Assembly (NCBI RefSeq): GCF_001457595.1
Contig: NZ_LN831039.1
Location: 180,001 to 212,000 of the forward strand
Reading direction: 5' to 3'
Origin: Mycolicibacterium smegmatis
GTDB lineage: Bacteria > Actinomycetota > Actinomycetes > Mycobacteriales > Mycobacteriaceae
DNA: 32,000 bases
Shown: positions 1 through 10,223 of the stretch, piece after piece
Layout of the letters: the number at the start of each line of letters is the position of its first letter
Numbering within the stretch: position 1 is the stretch's first letter
Notes under the pieces: generated by a model
What the model was told of the DNA's origin: nothing
The model's database searches: none
What the model saw: the letters and a program-made list of their open reading frames with translations, nothing else
Translations under genes and position numbers: made by a program

Positions 1-1
1 G

Positions 2-634
2 GCCGCCGCCGGCGAGGCATCCACGGAGACAGAGGAATCCGAGGTATCGGAACCTGTCGCGACCGACGAGCCCGACGAGGATCAGCCCACGCAGAACATC
101 GTCTTCGCCCCCTTCCGGCCGGCGGGCAAGGGACTGACCTATGCTGCGATCGCCGCGGCGACACTGTTTGTCGCCGCAGGCGCGTTCGCCGGCGCGACGG
201 TGTGGCCGTATCTGTCGGACCGCGCGCTGGTGGACACGAAAGTGCAAGTGGCGCAGACCTCCGCCGACGCCATCACCACGCTGTGGACGTACACACCGGA
301 GAACATCGACACGCTGCCGGACCGTGCGTCGCGGTTCTTGTCGAACGACTTCGCCGCCGAGTACCGCCAGTTCATCGACTCGATCGTGCCGTCCAACAAG
401 CAGGCGCAGATCACCAACAACACGCAGGTGGTCGGTACCGCGGTCGAGAGCATCAGCGCCAATGAGGCGACGGCCATCGTCTACACCAACTCGGTGTCGA
501 CCAGCCCCGTGACCAAGAACGTGCCGTCGCTGCGGTATCTGTCGTATCGATTGACTCTGGTTCGCAGTGACGGGGACTGGCGGATCACTCAGATGCCTGC
601 CCTGACGCAGTTGGACCTCTCGCCGCAGCTGTAG
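2..634 (+). CDS. Mce-associated membrane protein (5' end outside window)
   Basis: Frame 2 is open from the window edge to TAG at 632-634. Translation shows an acidic N-terminal tail (EESEVSEPVATDEPDEDQ), one TM helix (AAIAAATLFVAAGAFAGATVW) and then a soluble domain. This architecture is typical of mycobacterial Mce-associated (Mas) proteins that follow mce operons. The listed ORF 200..634 is only its tail. Confidence 0.6.
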   Translation, partial: AAAGEASTETEESEVSEPVATDEPDEDQPTQNIVFAPFRPAGKGLTYAAIAAATLFVAAGAFAGATVWPYLSDRALVDTKVQVAQTSADAITTLWTYTPENIDTLPDRASRFLSNDFAAEYRQFIDSIVPSNKQAQITNNTQVVGTAVESISANEATAIVYTNSVSTSPVTKNVPSLRYLSYRLTLVRSDGDWRITQMPALTQLDLSPQL

Positions 635-636
635 CG

Positions 637-1305
637 ATGGCCATCGCCTCGCCGGTCTCGGAGCGGCTCACGGTCACCGCGCTCCTGCTGTTGACTGTTG
701 CGACCGGGCTCGTCGATGCGATCAGCGTGCTGGTCCTGGGGCATGTGTTCGTCGCCAACATGACGGGCAACGTGATCTTCCTGGGCTTCTGGTTCGTGCC
801 GCACTCAGGGGTCGATCTCACCGCGGCGGTCGTCGCGTTTCCCGCATTCGTGGTGGGGACCATCATCGGTGGACGCCTGGCCCGGCACCTCGACGGGCAG
901 GTCCGAACCTGGCTGACGACCGCACTGGGTGTGGAAGTCGTCCTGCTGACGGTGCTTTCGATCCTCGCAGGCACCGGTGTGCTCGACTACCAGGACAACA
1001 CCAAGCTGTTCCTCATCGCGGGCCTGGCCATCACATTCGGTATCCAGAACGCGACGGCACGCCAGTTCGGGATCCAGGAGCTGAGCACCACCGTGCTGAC
1101 CTCCACCATCGTCGGACTCGGGTTCGACAGCCGGCTGGCCGGCGGAACGGGCGAGCGCGAGAAGTTGCGCTATGCCGTCGTCGCGACCATGTGCCTGGGT
1201 GCGGTGATCGGTGCGACGCTGTCGAGATTCACTGTGGCACCGGTGATCGCGCTGGCCGCCGTGGTGATCGCGACCAGCGCGTGCATCTTCCGGTTCGGCC
1301 GCTAG
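637..1305 (+). CDS. DUF1275 (YoaK-like) integral membrane protein
   Basis: 222-aa ORF with multiple TM helices and the characteristic FVANMTGN motif near TM2. It starts 2 nt after the upstream stop. Confidence 0.7.
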   Translation: MAIASPVSERLTVTALLLLTVATGLVDAISVLVLGHVFVANMTGNVIFLGFWFVPHSGVDLTAAVVAFPAFVVGTIIGGRLARHLDGQVRTWLTTALGVEVVLLTVLSILAGTGVLDYQDNTKLFLIAGLAITFGIQNATARQFGIQELSTTVLTSTIVGLGFDSRLAGGTGEREKLRYAVVATMCLGAVIGATLSRFTVAPVIALAAVVIATSACIFRFGR

Positions 1306-3056
1306 AACGGTGGGGGTTTGTTGTGTTCGGCGACGAGGTCGTCGTTGAGTTTGCGTTCGGCGGCGATGGTGCGGGCGGTGTTCTGGGCGCGGGTGCGGCG
1401 TCGTTTGGGCATCTTGACCCCGCGCAGGTCGGGGTCGGCGGTAGGGATCGGGGTGGCCGGTAGGTCCAGTGCGCCGGTGGGTGCGGCCAGTTCGGTGATC
1501 GACAGGCGCCGGTGGCTTCCGGGCACAGTGGTGTACTGCCGCCCGGAAGGGGAGGTCCATACGATGGTGCCGTCGGGGTGTTGTCGGTCTGTCCAGCCGC
1601 GGGGGCCGGTCCAGAACGTTTTCAGAAGATGATGAAAACGACACAGACACTTCAGGTTTGAGGCATGCGTGGGCCCTGCGGGATAGGGCACGGTGTGGTC
1701 GAGGTCGCAGCGGTCGGCGGGTTTGTCGCAGCCGGGGAACCGGCAGGTCAAATCGCGGCAGCGCACATAGTCCGCGAGCGCGCGTGAGGGGATGTAGCGG
1801 TCTTCCGGTGCGGTGTCGCCGGGGTGGATCAGCGGGCGGATGGTGGCGTTGTTGATGATCTCGGCCAGCGCGTAGGCCGGCAGCACTCCCCCACCGAACA
1901 GCACGGCCGGCGGAACGCGGTCCAGCGGGTGCTCGTCGGGGTCGAGGAACGCCGCTGGGGTGTCGCTGCTGTTGTCGGTGAACTCGGTGACGCTGACAGA
2001 TTCGGGGTCGCAATCGGTTTCGGTGGGCGAGTCGGCGGTGTCGGTAGGCGCGGGAGTGTTGGGCTCGGTGTCGGTGGCGGTTTCGGTGGCGGTGGCCGCG
2101 GGTGCGATATCCGGGTCGTCGGCGGGCTCGGCGGGCTCGGCGGGCTCGGCGGGTTCGGTGTCGGCGGCAGGCGTGTCGGTGGCAGGTTCGTCGGGGGTGT
2201 TGGTGGTGGTGGCGGCGTGTTGGGCGGCGGTGACGGTGTCTTCGCGGGCGATGACGTGCACCACGAGGTGTCCGCGGGAGGATTGTTCGCGGCCGCGGAC
2301 ACAGTCGGGGTCCTCGCATTCGCAGGCCAAGGTGGTGTGGTCGAGGATGGCACCGAGAGCGTCGTGGCGCAGCTCATTGAGGGTGCGCGGATCGTCCGGG
2401 CAGACCCCTTCGATGAGTTCGGCGATCCGGGCGTCATAGGCGTTGCCGAGGTGGGCCTGCAGCCGGCCGGTGACCGTGAGCACTCCGGGGGCGTCGGTGG
2501 GTGAGCCGATGTCGAAGTAGCGGCCGCGCCGCGAGGCGCGGCCGCGGCGGAAAGACCCGGGGTCGTGTTTGAGGATCAGATCGTCGATGGTGTTGTCGAT
2601 CTCTTTGAGGGTCAGCTTGCCCCACCCGCTGATCTGGGCGGCCAGCTCGGCGTCGATGAGGGCGAGTTTGTCCGGTTCGAGCATCAGCGCGGTGCTCCAG
2701 CAGATGTTGCGCACGATCATCTCGCTGACCAGCCCGGCGGCGAACACCTCGTTGACCTTGGGCAGCCGGTCGCGCAGCGCGACCCCACGCTGGGCCTGGT
2801 GCAGCGCGGCCCAGGCGGTGATGCCTTGGGCGGCGCCGAGCTGGGCGCCCACGGCCGCGTCGGGGTCGACGAACCACCAGCGGCGCTCATCGGCGCTGGG
2901 GGTGCTGGTGGCACGGATGAACATCTCGGCCATTGCGGCGTGCTTGTGCGCCGAGGCGGACGCTTCGGCCTGTGCCCAGCCGCGGGCCTGGCCCTCCAGC
3001 TCGAGGTCGGACAGCGCGGAGAATTCCGCGATCTGCACCAACGACCCTTCGTACAT
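1302..3056 (-). CDS. DUF222 domain / HNH endonuclease (REP13E12-like family)
   Basis: The C-terminal HNH-type motif reads CRFPGCDKPADRCDLDHTVPYPAGPTHASNLKCLCRFHHLLKT, and the N-terminal region is DUF222-like. The ORF is open to 3146, but I prefer the internal ATG at 3056 (MYEGSLVQIAEF...); the start is uncertain. Its stop overlaps the convergent DUF1275 stop (1302-1305). Confidence 0.8.
   Translation of the reverse strand: MYEGSLVQIAEFSALSDLELEGQARGWAQAEASASAHKHAAMAEMFIRATSTPSADERRWWFVDPDAAVGAQLGAAQGITAWAALHQAQRGVALRDRLPKVNEVFAAGLVSEMIVRNICWSTALMLEPDKLALIDAELAAQISGWGKLTLKEIDNTIDDLILKHDPGSFRRGRASRRGRYFDIGSPTDAPGVLTVTGRLQAHLGNAYDARIAELIEGVCPDDPRTLNELRHDALGAILDHTTLACECEDPDCVRGREQSSRGHLVVHVIAREDTVTAAQHAATTTNTPDEPATDTPAADTEPAEPAEPAEPADDPDIAPAATATETATDTEPNTPAPTDTADSPTETDCDPESVSVTEFTDNSSDTPAAFLDPDEHPLDRVPPAVLFGGGVLPAYALAEIINNATIRPLIHPGDTAPEDRYIPSRALADYVRCRDLTCRFPGCDKPADRCDLDHTVPYPAGPTHASNLKCLCRFHHLLKTFWTGPRGWTDRQHPDGTIVWTSPSGRQYTTVPGSHRRLSITELAAPTGALDLPATPIPTADPDLRGVKMPKRRRTRAQNTARTIAAERKLNDDLVAEHNKPPPF
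2119..2154. repeat. 9-bp in-frame tandem repeat (tcggcgggc x3 plus one degenerate unit)
   Basis: Read directly: tcggcgggc at 2119-2127, 2128-2136 and 2137-2145, then tcggcgggt at 2146-2154. It encodes the (EPA)n run PAEPAEPAEPA inside the acidic T/P/E/D-rich linker of the HNH protein. Confidence 0.85.
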
Positions 3057-3211
3057 ATGTTCGAATCTACCGGCCGTGAGCCCGCTACGGGACCGCAAAA
3101 CCGCTATCTGTGGATGAACACGCGTTTGGGGATAACCCCAGCTCATGCCCCAGAAATGTCACACCCCCGGTGTATAAGGGCCAGTCAAGCAGTCGACGTA
3201 CGGTACAAGCT

Positions 3212-4030
3212 CTAAGCGGGCCTGAACTCGTCCCCGACTCGCACTGTGCCCTCGCCGAGCACTTCGAGATACGCACCGGCGCACGGCAGCTCGCCCAGAC
3301 CGAAAGATTCGACGCGGTTCTCGGCGGCGGGTGTGCGCAGTGCGTGCTGGGCGCGATCGAGGTCACCGTGCTCGAGCGTGGGGATCACGCACCGCGGTGT
3401 CGGGCCCATGGCCTTCACGCGCACTCCGCCGATCGTGAATTCCCGCCCGGTCCAGTCATTTTCGGAGTAGGCCGGGTAGTCGGGCGGGGTCGTGATGACG
3501 ATGTTGGGCCGGTAGCGCGCGGCCTCGGTGCCGATGCGTTCCAAGGTCGCAGTGGTGATCACGTGCAGCGGCGCGAGGTCGACGAACGAATCCCCGGGTG
3601 TCGCTTCGGCGATCTCCAGCAGTGGAGCGTCGACCTCGGCGTCGAGACCGGCCATGAGCACCTGTTCGGGATCGGCGCGCTCCAGGCTCGCGCCGTCGGG
3701 CCGGCCGGTGAGCAGACGGACGGGACGCGCGAGCAGCTTGGAGAACACGTCGTCGAAGTCGTCGTCTTCGGGTGAGGACTCGGTGCCGTCGGGCAGGCGC
3801 ACCTGCACGCTTCCGTTGTCGTCGATACGTGCCCGGCACTTCAGCAGGTTGCGCCAGAGCCGCGCCTGCTTGGCGCTGGCGACCCGTCCGGTCTCCTGAT
3901 CGATGAACGCAAGGTGCCGGTCGCGGTCGACACCCCCCAAGTAGACCTCCAGCGAGGTGACCGATTCACCGAGCATCGATTTGATCGGGTAACGGTGCAA
4001 GCTGTCCACGCGCAAGAGCTCGTCGGCCAT
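3212..4030 (-). CDS. MOSC domain-containing protein (with MOSC N-terminal beta-barrel)
   Basis: The N-terminus LHRYPIKSMLGE is typical of the MOSC_N domain. The conserved MOSC cysteine context GPTPRCVIPT lies near the C-terminus. Confidence 0.8.
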   Translation of the reverse strand: MADELLRVDSLHRYPIKSMLGESVTSLEVYLGGVDRDRHLAFIDQETGRVASAKQARLWRNLLKCRARIDDNGSVQVRLPDGTESSPEDDDFDDVFSKLLARPVRLLTGRPDGASLERADPEQVLMAGLDAEVDAPLLEIAEATPGDSFVDLAPLHVITTATLERIGTEAARYRPNIVITTPPDYPAYSENDWTGREFTIGGVRVKAMGPTPRCVIPTLEHGDLDRAQHALRTPAAENRVESFGLGELPCAGAYLEVLGEGTVRVGDEFRPA

Positions 4031-4087
4031 ACCCGAACTCTAGAGGGTGCGGCGCGCGCCGGACCGTGCGCTCACGGAAACGCCTGG

Positions 4088-5002
4088 TCAGCTTGCGGTG
4101 TGTACCAATTCGGGCTGGGCGGTGTCGGTCTTGGTTTCCTGCCACCCCGGTGGGCGCAGAAGGTACCCGATCCGGCCGCGCCAGGTCTCGGCGTGCCAGA
4201 CATCGCGCAGCATGAGAACGAACTCGTGGTAGTTGACCTTGATCGGGTTGTTGGTGTCGATGTTCTTGGTGAGGCCGTAGCGCACGGGTTCGAGTTCTTC
4301 GGCGTAGCTGCCGAACATGCGGTCGAAGATGATCAGGATTCCGCCGTAGTTCTTGTCGAGGTAGGGGTTGTTGGAGCCATGGTGGACGCGGTGATGCGAT
4401 GGGGTGTTGAAGATGAACTCGATCGGTCTGGGGAGTCGGCCGACGCGTTCGGTGTGGATGGGAAACTGGTAGACCAACACGATGGCCTGGCACAGGAAGA
4501 TCATCCACACGGGAATTCCGATGAGTGCCATGGGAATGCTGACCACCGACTTGAGAAACGACCCTGGCACCAGCCACGGTAAGCGTAGCGAGGTGGACAG
4601 GTTGAAGTACTGACTGGAGTGGTGCACGCTGTGTTCTGCCCAGAAGAGCCGAATTCGATGGCCCATACGGTGTTTGACGTAGTAGGTGGCGTCTGCGAGG
4701 AACAGCGCCAGCGCCCATGTCCACCATTGGTCGGCCGGCAGTGCGAGAGGTGCGAACGCCGCCGCGATCACGATGATCGGCAGCTCGATGAACTTTTCCA
4801 GTGGGCTGACGACGAGCCGGATCAGGTAGGTGGAGATGTTGGCGGCGGTGTCACGGCTCGACACGCCTCGCTTGGGTTCTGACGGGGCTGTGTTCTCCCG
4901 CCGTTCTCGGAAGTAGCTGTAGTACTCGACGGCGATCAACAGCAGAAAAGCGGGAAGGCCGTAGACGAAGACCATCTTGACCTGTTCAGCGAGTTGCTCC
5001 AC
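4088..5002 (-). CDS. Fatty acid hydroxylase / sterol desaturase family membrane protein
   Basis: Three histidine boxes (HRMGH, HSVHH, HHRVHH) in a polytopic membrane protein. It sits 57 nt upstream of the MOSC gene on the same strand. Confidence 0.8.
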   Translation of the reverse strand: MEQLAEQVKMVFVYGLPAFLLLIAVEYYSYFRERRENTAPSEPKRGVSSRDTAANISTYLIRLVVSPLEKFIELPIIVIAAAFAPLALPADQWWTWALALFLADATYYVKHRMGHRIRLFWAEHSVHHSSQYFNLSTSLRLPWLVPGSFLKSVVSIPMALIGIPVWMIFLCQAIVLVYQFPIHTERVGRLPRPIEFIFNTPSHHRVHHGSNNPYLDKNYGGILIIFDRMFGSYAEELEPVRYGLTKNIDTNNPIKVNYHEFVLMLRDVWHAETWRGRIGYLLRPPGWQETKTDTAQPELVHTAS

Positions 5003-5035
5003 GGCAGATGCTTTCTTTCCGGTTGGTGGCGGTGG

Positions 5036-5683
5036 TCAGTGGGCGGGGAGTTTGGGCATCCCGGCCAGCAGCCAGGACAGCAGTTGGCCGAACAGTTCCT
5101 CGGGCACCCATGACGGATTGGTGCGACGCTGACGAATCAAGCCTTGATGCAGCGCGAGGAGAGAGACCGCGAATGTCTCTGGGCGGACCACACTTTGGTC
5201 GACGTTGTGCTCGGCGAGCAGGTCTGCGGCGATTCCGGTGAGTGACTGCAGGGTCTGGCCGACGCTCTCCGTCAGAACATCCATGGCACCCGGATTACGG
5301 ATGGCGTGCAACCAGAACTCGGTGTGCAGTGCGGCCACCTCGATGTTCTTGTCGGCGACCTCGACAAGTTGTCGACTCAACTTCGCGAAAGGGCCACCAG
5401 GATCGCCCTGGGCTGACCGCAGTGCGTCGGCGACTTCGTCCAGGCGCAGGGCGGCGCGCTCAGACCGCAGTTCGGAGAACAACTGCTCCTTGCTGGAGAA
5501 GTTCGAGTACACCGCGCCCACCGAGTAGCCCGCGGCCTCGGCGATCTCCTCGACCGATGCCGCGTCATAACCCTTGCGCGCGAACGTTTCCGCCGCGGCA
5601 TCCAGCAATCTGCGGCGGGTCTGCGCGCGGGCCTCGGCACGGGTGAGCCGCTTCCGCGGCACCACACTGTCATCGCGATCCAT
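5036..5683 (-). CDS. TetR family transcriptional regulator
   Basis: N-terminal TetR helix-turn-helix: LLDAAAETFARKGYDAASVEEIAEAAGYSVGAVYSNFSSKEQLF. It is the first gene of an apparent TetR-desaturase-MOSC operon. Confidence 0.85.
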   Translation of the reverse strand: MDRDDSVVPRKRLTRAEARAQTRRRLLDAAAETFARKGYDAASVEEIAEAAGYSVGAVYSNFSSKEQLFSELRSERAALRLDEVADALRSAQGDPGGPFAKLSRQLVEVADKNIEVAALHTEFWLHAIRNPGAMDVLTESVGQTLQSLTGIAADLLAEHNVDQSVVRPETFAVSLLALHQGLIRQRRTNPSWVPEELFGQLLSWLLAGMPKLPAH

Positions 5684-5709
5684 ATTCAGATAATGGTCGC
5701 TATTTGAAT
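5684..5709. promoter_or_regulatory. Imperfect inverted repeat, candidate TetR operator
   Basis: ATTCAGATA (5684-5692), an 8-nt spacer, then TATTTGAAT (5701-5709). The arms match 8 of 9 as an inverted repeat. It lies in an AT-rich stretch immediately upstream of the TetR start codon. Confidence 0.4.
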
Positions 5710-5745
5710 TAGACGCACTATCCAGTGACGTAGATCACATATCAA

Positions 5746-7169
5746 TCAAGGAAACGGCAGGTAGCTCCCCTTCGAGTGATCGTGGCCGGTGAACGCGGCG
5801 TCGGGATCGGGTGAGAGCGCGAGGAGGTCGCGGCAGTGCGTCTCGCAGCGTGCCCGGGCGATCGCGTGATCGTGCTCGTGGGCCTGGGGGTGCCCCTTGG
5901 CCAGATCTGCCGAATGCGCCGCGATCTTGTGAGCGATGACGGATTCGCGCAGGCGGGCTGGCCGGGGCAGGCAGCACAGCATGGATGTGCCGGCCTGGGC
6001 CGCGACGGCGGCGCCGATCACCGCGGTGGCGTGGTCGTGCTCGGGTGCGACGTCGGTGGTGAGTGGGCCGATGGTGTACGACGGGGCATTGCGGCACAAC
6101 TGCTGATGAAGGCGCACGCTCTCGGCGATCTTGTGCATCGGCACGCGGCCCGGCCCCTCGACCACCACCTGCACGCCGTGCCGGTGCGCGACCCTGGCCA
6201 GCTGACCCAGCGTGCGCAGTTCGGCGATCTGTGCGGCGTCGTTGGCGTCGGCCACAGAGCCCGGCTGTAGGCCCGCGGCCAGCGCCAGCGTGACGTCGTA
6301 CCGCGCCAGGGTCTCGCACAGCTGGTCGAAATGGGCGTACAGAAAGGATTCCGCGTTGTGCAGCAGGCACCAGTCGGCGATGACGGCCCCGCCGCGGCTG
6401 ACGATGCCGGTGATCCGGCCCGCGGCGAGCGACAGATGTTCGCGGCGCAGGCCGGCATGCACCGTCATGCAGTCGACTCCGCTCTCGGCCTGTTCGATCA
6501 CGCTGTCGCAGAACGTGTTCCAGGTCAACGCGGCGATGTCGCCGTGGACCCGGCCGAGTGCCTGGTACAGCGGCACCGTACCCACCGGCACGGGCATGTT
6601 GCGCACCATGCGGTCGCAGTCGCTGCCGGACAGGTCCGTCACGATGTCGGCGCCCCACCGGATCGCCCGCACCATGTCACCGATCACCGCGTCCGGCGGC
6701 GAGCCGATACCGGCGTTGACCTTGACGCGAAACGCCCTGCCGATGATCATCGGTTCGCTCTCGGGGTGACGGTGATTCGCCGGGATCACGGCGTGGCCCG
6801 CGGCGACTGCGTCGCGGACCACCTTGGGGCGCAGACTTTCCCGGGCGGCGACGAACGCCATCTCGCTGGTGACGACGCCCTCACGGGCGCGCTGCAACTG
6901 GGTGCCACGGTCGGTCACCACACCGGGACGCGACGGCAGACCCGTGGCCAGACGGGCGGGGGTGTCGGTTTCGGTGTAGGGCCCCGACGTGTCGTAGAGG
7001 TCGAGATGCCTTCCGCCCGACAGATGTACGCGACGGAAGGGCACGCGCCCGCCGGGTGCGCCGACGGGATCGCGGTAGCACTTGGAACTGCCCGGTATGG
7101 GGCCGGTTGGGACGCCGGTGTCCCGGTCCGGCCCTTGTGGGGCCGGGCCGGGACAGTGGGCCTCAGCGC

Positions 7170-7173
<4 letters not shown>
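5746..7173 (-). CDS. ThiC-like protein (degenerate HMP-P synthase paralog lacking the C-terminal Fe-S motif)
   Basis: Colinear similarity to ThiC along the whole length: [98 protein letters not shown]. It ends about 35 aa before where the CX2CX4C cluster motif should be. The GTG start overlaps the pntB stop (GTGA at 7173-7170). Confidence 0.65.
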
Positions 7174-8599
<1,426 letters not shown>

Positions 8600-8603
<4 letters not shown>

Positions 8604-8923
8604 TTGGCGGCCTCAGCTTCCCGGACTTCGGGCTTGCGGGTCTTGAACATGCCCAGCATGCGGTCGGTCACCAGGAAGCCGCCGATCACGTTGAGCGTGC
8701 CGAAGACGAGGGCGACGAACGCGATGATGCGCACGCCCCACGACGCGTCGGCGGGCAGATCACCCAGCACGATCAGGGCGCCCAGCACGACGATGCCGTG
8801 GATGGCGTTGGTGCCCGACATCAGGGGCGTGTGCAAGGTGTTGGGCACCTTGGAGATGACGGCGAATCCGACGAACCCGGCAAGCACCAGGATCGCGAGA
8901 TTGGCCAACAGTTGGTCGTACAT
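8600..8923 (-). CDS. pntAb: NAD(P) transhydrogenase subunit alpha part 2
   Basis: 107-aa membrane protein containing [18 protein letters not shown]. It lies between pntAa and pntB. Confidence 0.9.
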
Positions 8924-8926
8924 GGT

Positions 8927-10009
8927 TCAGATGTCCCCTTCGGTGCGGGTGATGCAGGAGGCAGCGACGATCTCGTCGGTGAAATCGGGGGCGACGCCGT
9001 CGTCGGTGAGCAGCAGATCGAGCAGGGCGGTCACGTTCTTGGCGTACAACTCGCTGGCGTGCTCGGGCATGGTCGCGGGCAGGTTCAGCGGCGAGGTGAT
9101 CGTGACGCCGTGGTGGACGATGGTGCGTCCCGGCTCGGTGAGCTCACAGTTGCCGCCGGTCTCGCCGGCGAGATCGACGACGACGCTTCCCGGTTGCATA
9201 CCGGTGGCCGCGGCGGCGGTCACCAGACGCGGTGCGGGACGGCCGGGCACCAGCGCGGTCGTGATCACGATGTCGAACTTGGTGATCGCGTCCTCGAGCG
9301 CCTGCTGCTGTTGCGCACGCTCAGCCTCGCTGAGTTCACGCGCGTACCCGCCCTCGCCTGCGGCGTCGATCCCCAGATCGAGCCACTGCGCGCCGACCGA
9401 GCGGACCTGTTCGGCGACCTCGGGGCGTACGTCGTATCCGGTTGTCTTGGCGCCCAAGCGTTTAGCGGTCGCCAATGCCTGCAGGCCCGCGACGCCGACA
9501 CCGAGTACCAGCGCACTGGCGGGTTTGACCGTTCCCGCCGCGGTGGTCAGCATCGGGACGAACCGTGTCGACAGCGATGCTCCCAGCAGCACGGCCTTGT
9601 ACCCGGCGACGTTGGCCTGAGACGACAACGCGTCCATGGTCTGCGCACGGGATATGCGGGGAATCGATTCCATCGCAAAGGCTGTGACATCTGCGATGCG
9701 CAGCCGCGACGCGAGCTCGGGCTGTGTCCGCGGGGCCAAAAAGCCGATGAGTACCGAACCGGGCTTGAGCTGGCTGATCTCGTCCGACGTGGGTGGATTC
9801 ACCTTCACCACCACATCCGCCGGCCACGGATCACCGATCGTGGCCCCCGCTCGCTCGTAATCCGCGTCGCTGAACAGTGCGCCCGCTCCGGCCGCACTCT
9901 CCACGACGACCTCAAGCCCTCGGGCACTCAATTTTTCGACGACTTTTGGGACCAGCGCGACGCGGCGCTCGCCCTCCGCGGACTCCCGCGGCACTCCGAT
10001 CAACGTCAT
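8927..10009 (-). CDS. pntAa: NAD(P) transhydrogenase subunit alpha part 1
   Basis: Alanine dehydrogenase/PNT fold (IGVPRESAEGERRVALVP, VLGVGVAGLQALATAKRLGA). A strong SD (AGGAGGAG) sits 5 nt upstream of the ATG. Confidence 0.95.
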   Translation of the reverse strand: MTLIGVPRESAEGERRVALVPKVVEKLSARGLEVVVESAAGAGALFSDADYERAGATIGDPWPADVVVKVNPPTSDEISQLKPGSVLIGFLAPRTQPELASRLRIADVTAFAMESIPRISRAQTMDALSSQANVAGYKAVLLGASLSTRFVPMLTTAAGTVKPASALVLGVGVAGLQALATAKRLGAKTTGYDVRPEVAEQVRSVGAQWLDLGIDAAGEGGYARELSEAERAQQQQALEDAITKFDIVITTALVPGRPAPRLVTAAAATGMQPGSVVVDLAGETGGNCELTEPGRTIVHHGVTITSPLNLPATMPEHASELYAKNVTALLDLLLTDDGVAPDFTDEIVAASCITRTEGDI

Positions 10010-10114
10010 GATTTCTCCTCCTGGCGCTCACCGGCGGAAATGCTTCAGGCGGTGCAGGTTTCGTGAAACTCCGGCGGTTCTTGTGAACCGGGCAAGAAAC
10101 AGGCTATGCGAACG

Positions 10115-10127
10115 GCATATTGTATGC
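10115..10127. promoter_or_regulatory. Palindrome GCATA-TTG-TATGC (site A of a recurring operator-like motif)
   Basis: Read directly, in the divergent pntAa / panE-like intergenic region. The minus-strand reading is ccTTGCATACAATATGCcg, which includes a TACAAT -10-like hexamer oriented toward pntAa. Confidence 0.5.
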
Positions 10128-10198
10128 AAGGATTAGGTGGATCTTAGCCCTGAATCAGCCTGACCGGGGGATATGGAATCACGCGGGCTGAGTTGGCA

Positions 10199-10212
10199 TA
10201 CAGAATACAAAC
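10199..10212 (+). promoter_or_regulatory. ATAC-N3-ATAC-AAA box (copy 1 of 4)
   Basis: ATACAGAATACAAA lies immediately 5' of the SD (AAGGAGG) of the panE-like gene. Confidence 0.35.
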
Positions 10213-10223
10213 AAGGAGGGCGT

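Noticed and set aside
805-2319. Very long ORFs antisense to, or out of frame with, the called genes. Examples: 805..2319 (-), 6331..7626 (+), 8028..9620 (+), 10326..11570 (-), 12498..14237 (+), 14554..16155 (-), 16206..17459 (-), 18179..19663 (-), 20749..22452 (-), 26453..27808 (+), 28296..29606 (-), 29946..30890 (-).
   Set aside because: Their translations are dominated by Arg, Pro, Gly, His and Ala with no recognisable motifs. That is the expected artefact of stop-codon-poor alternative frames in roughly 67% GC DNA. In each case the overlapping frame has strong family-level signatures.
3127-3140. A small palindrome TGGGGATAACCCCA upstream of the HNH gene, resembling GGGGTTACCCC at 28292-28302.
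   Set aside because: Both are short, GC-rich 5-bp arms. The similarity is within chance expectation and no shared context supports a link.
6743-6756. A 14-bp palindrome CCGATGATCATCGG inside the ThiC-like ORF, resembling the CGATCATCG sites upstream of MFS3.
   Set aside because: It encodes the conserved ThiC peptide PMIIG on the coding strand. Coding constraint is therefore the most likely explanation, not a regulatory site.
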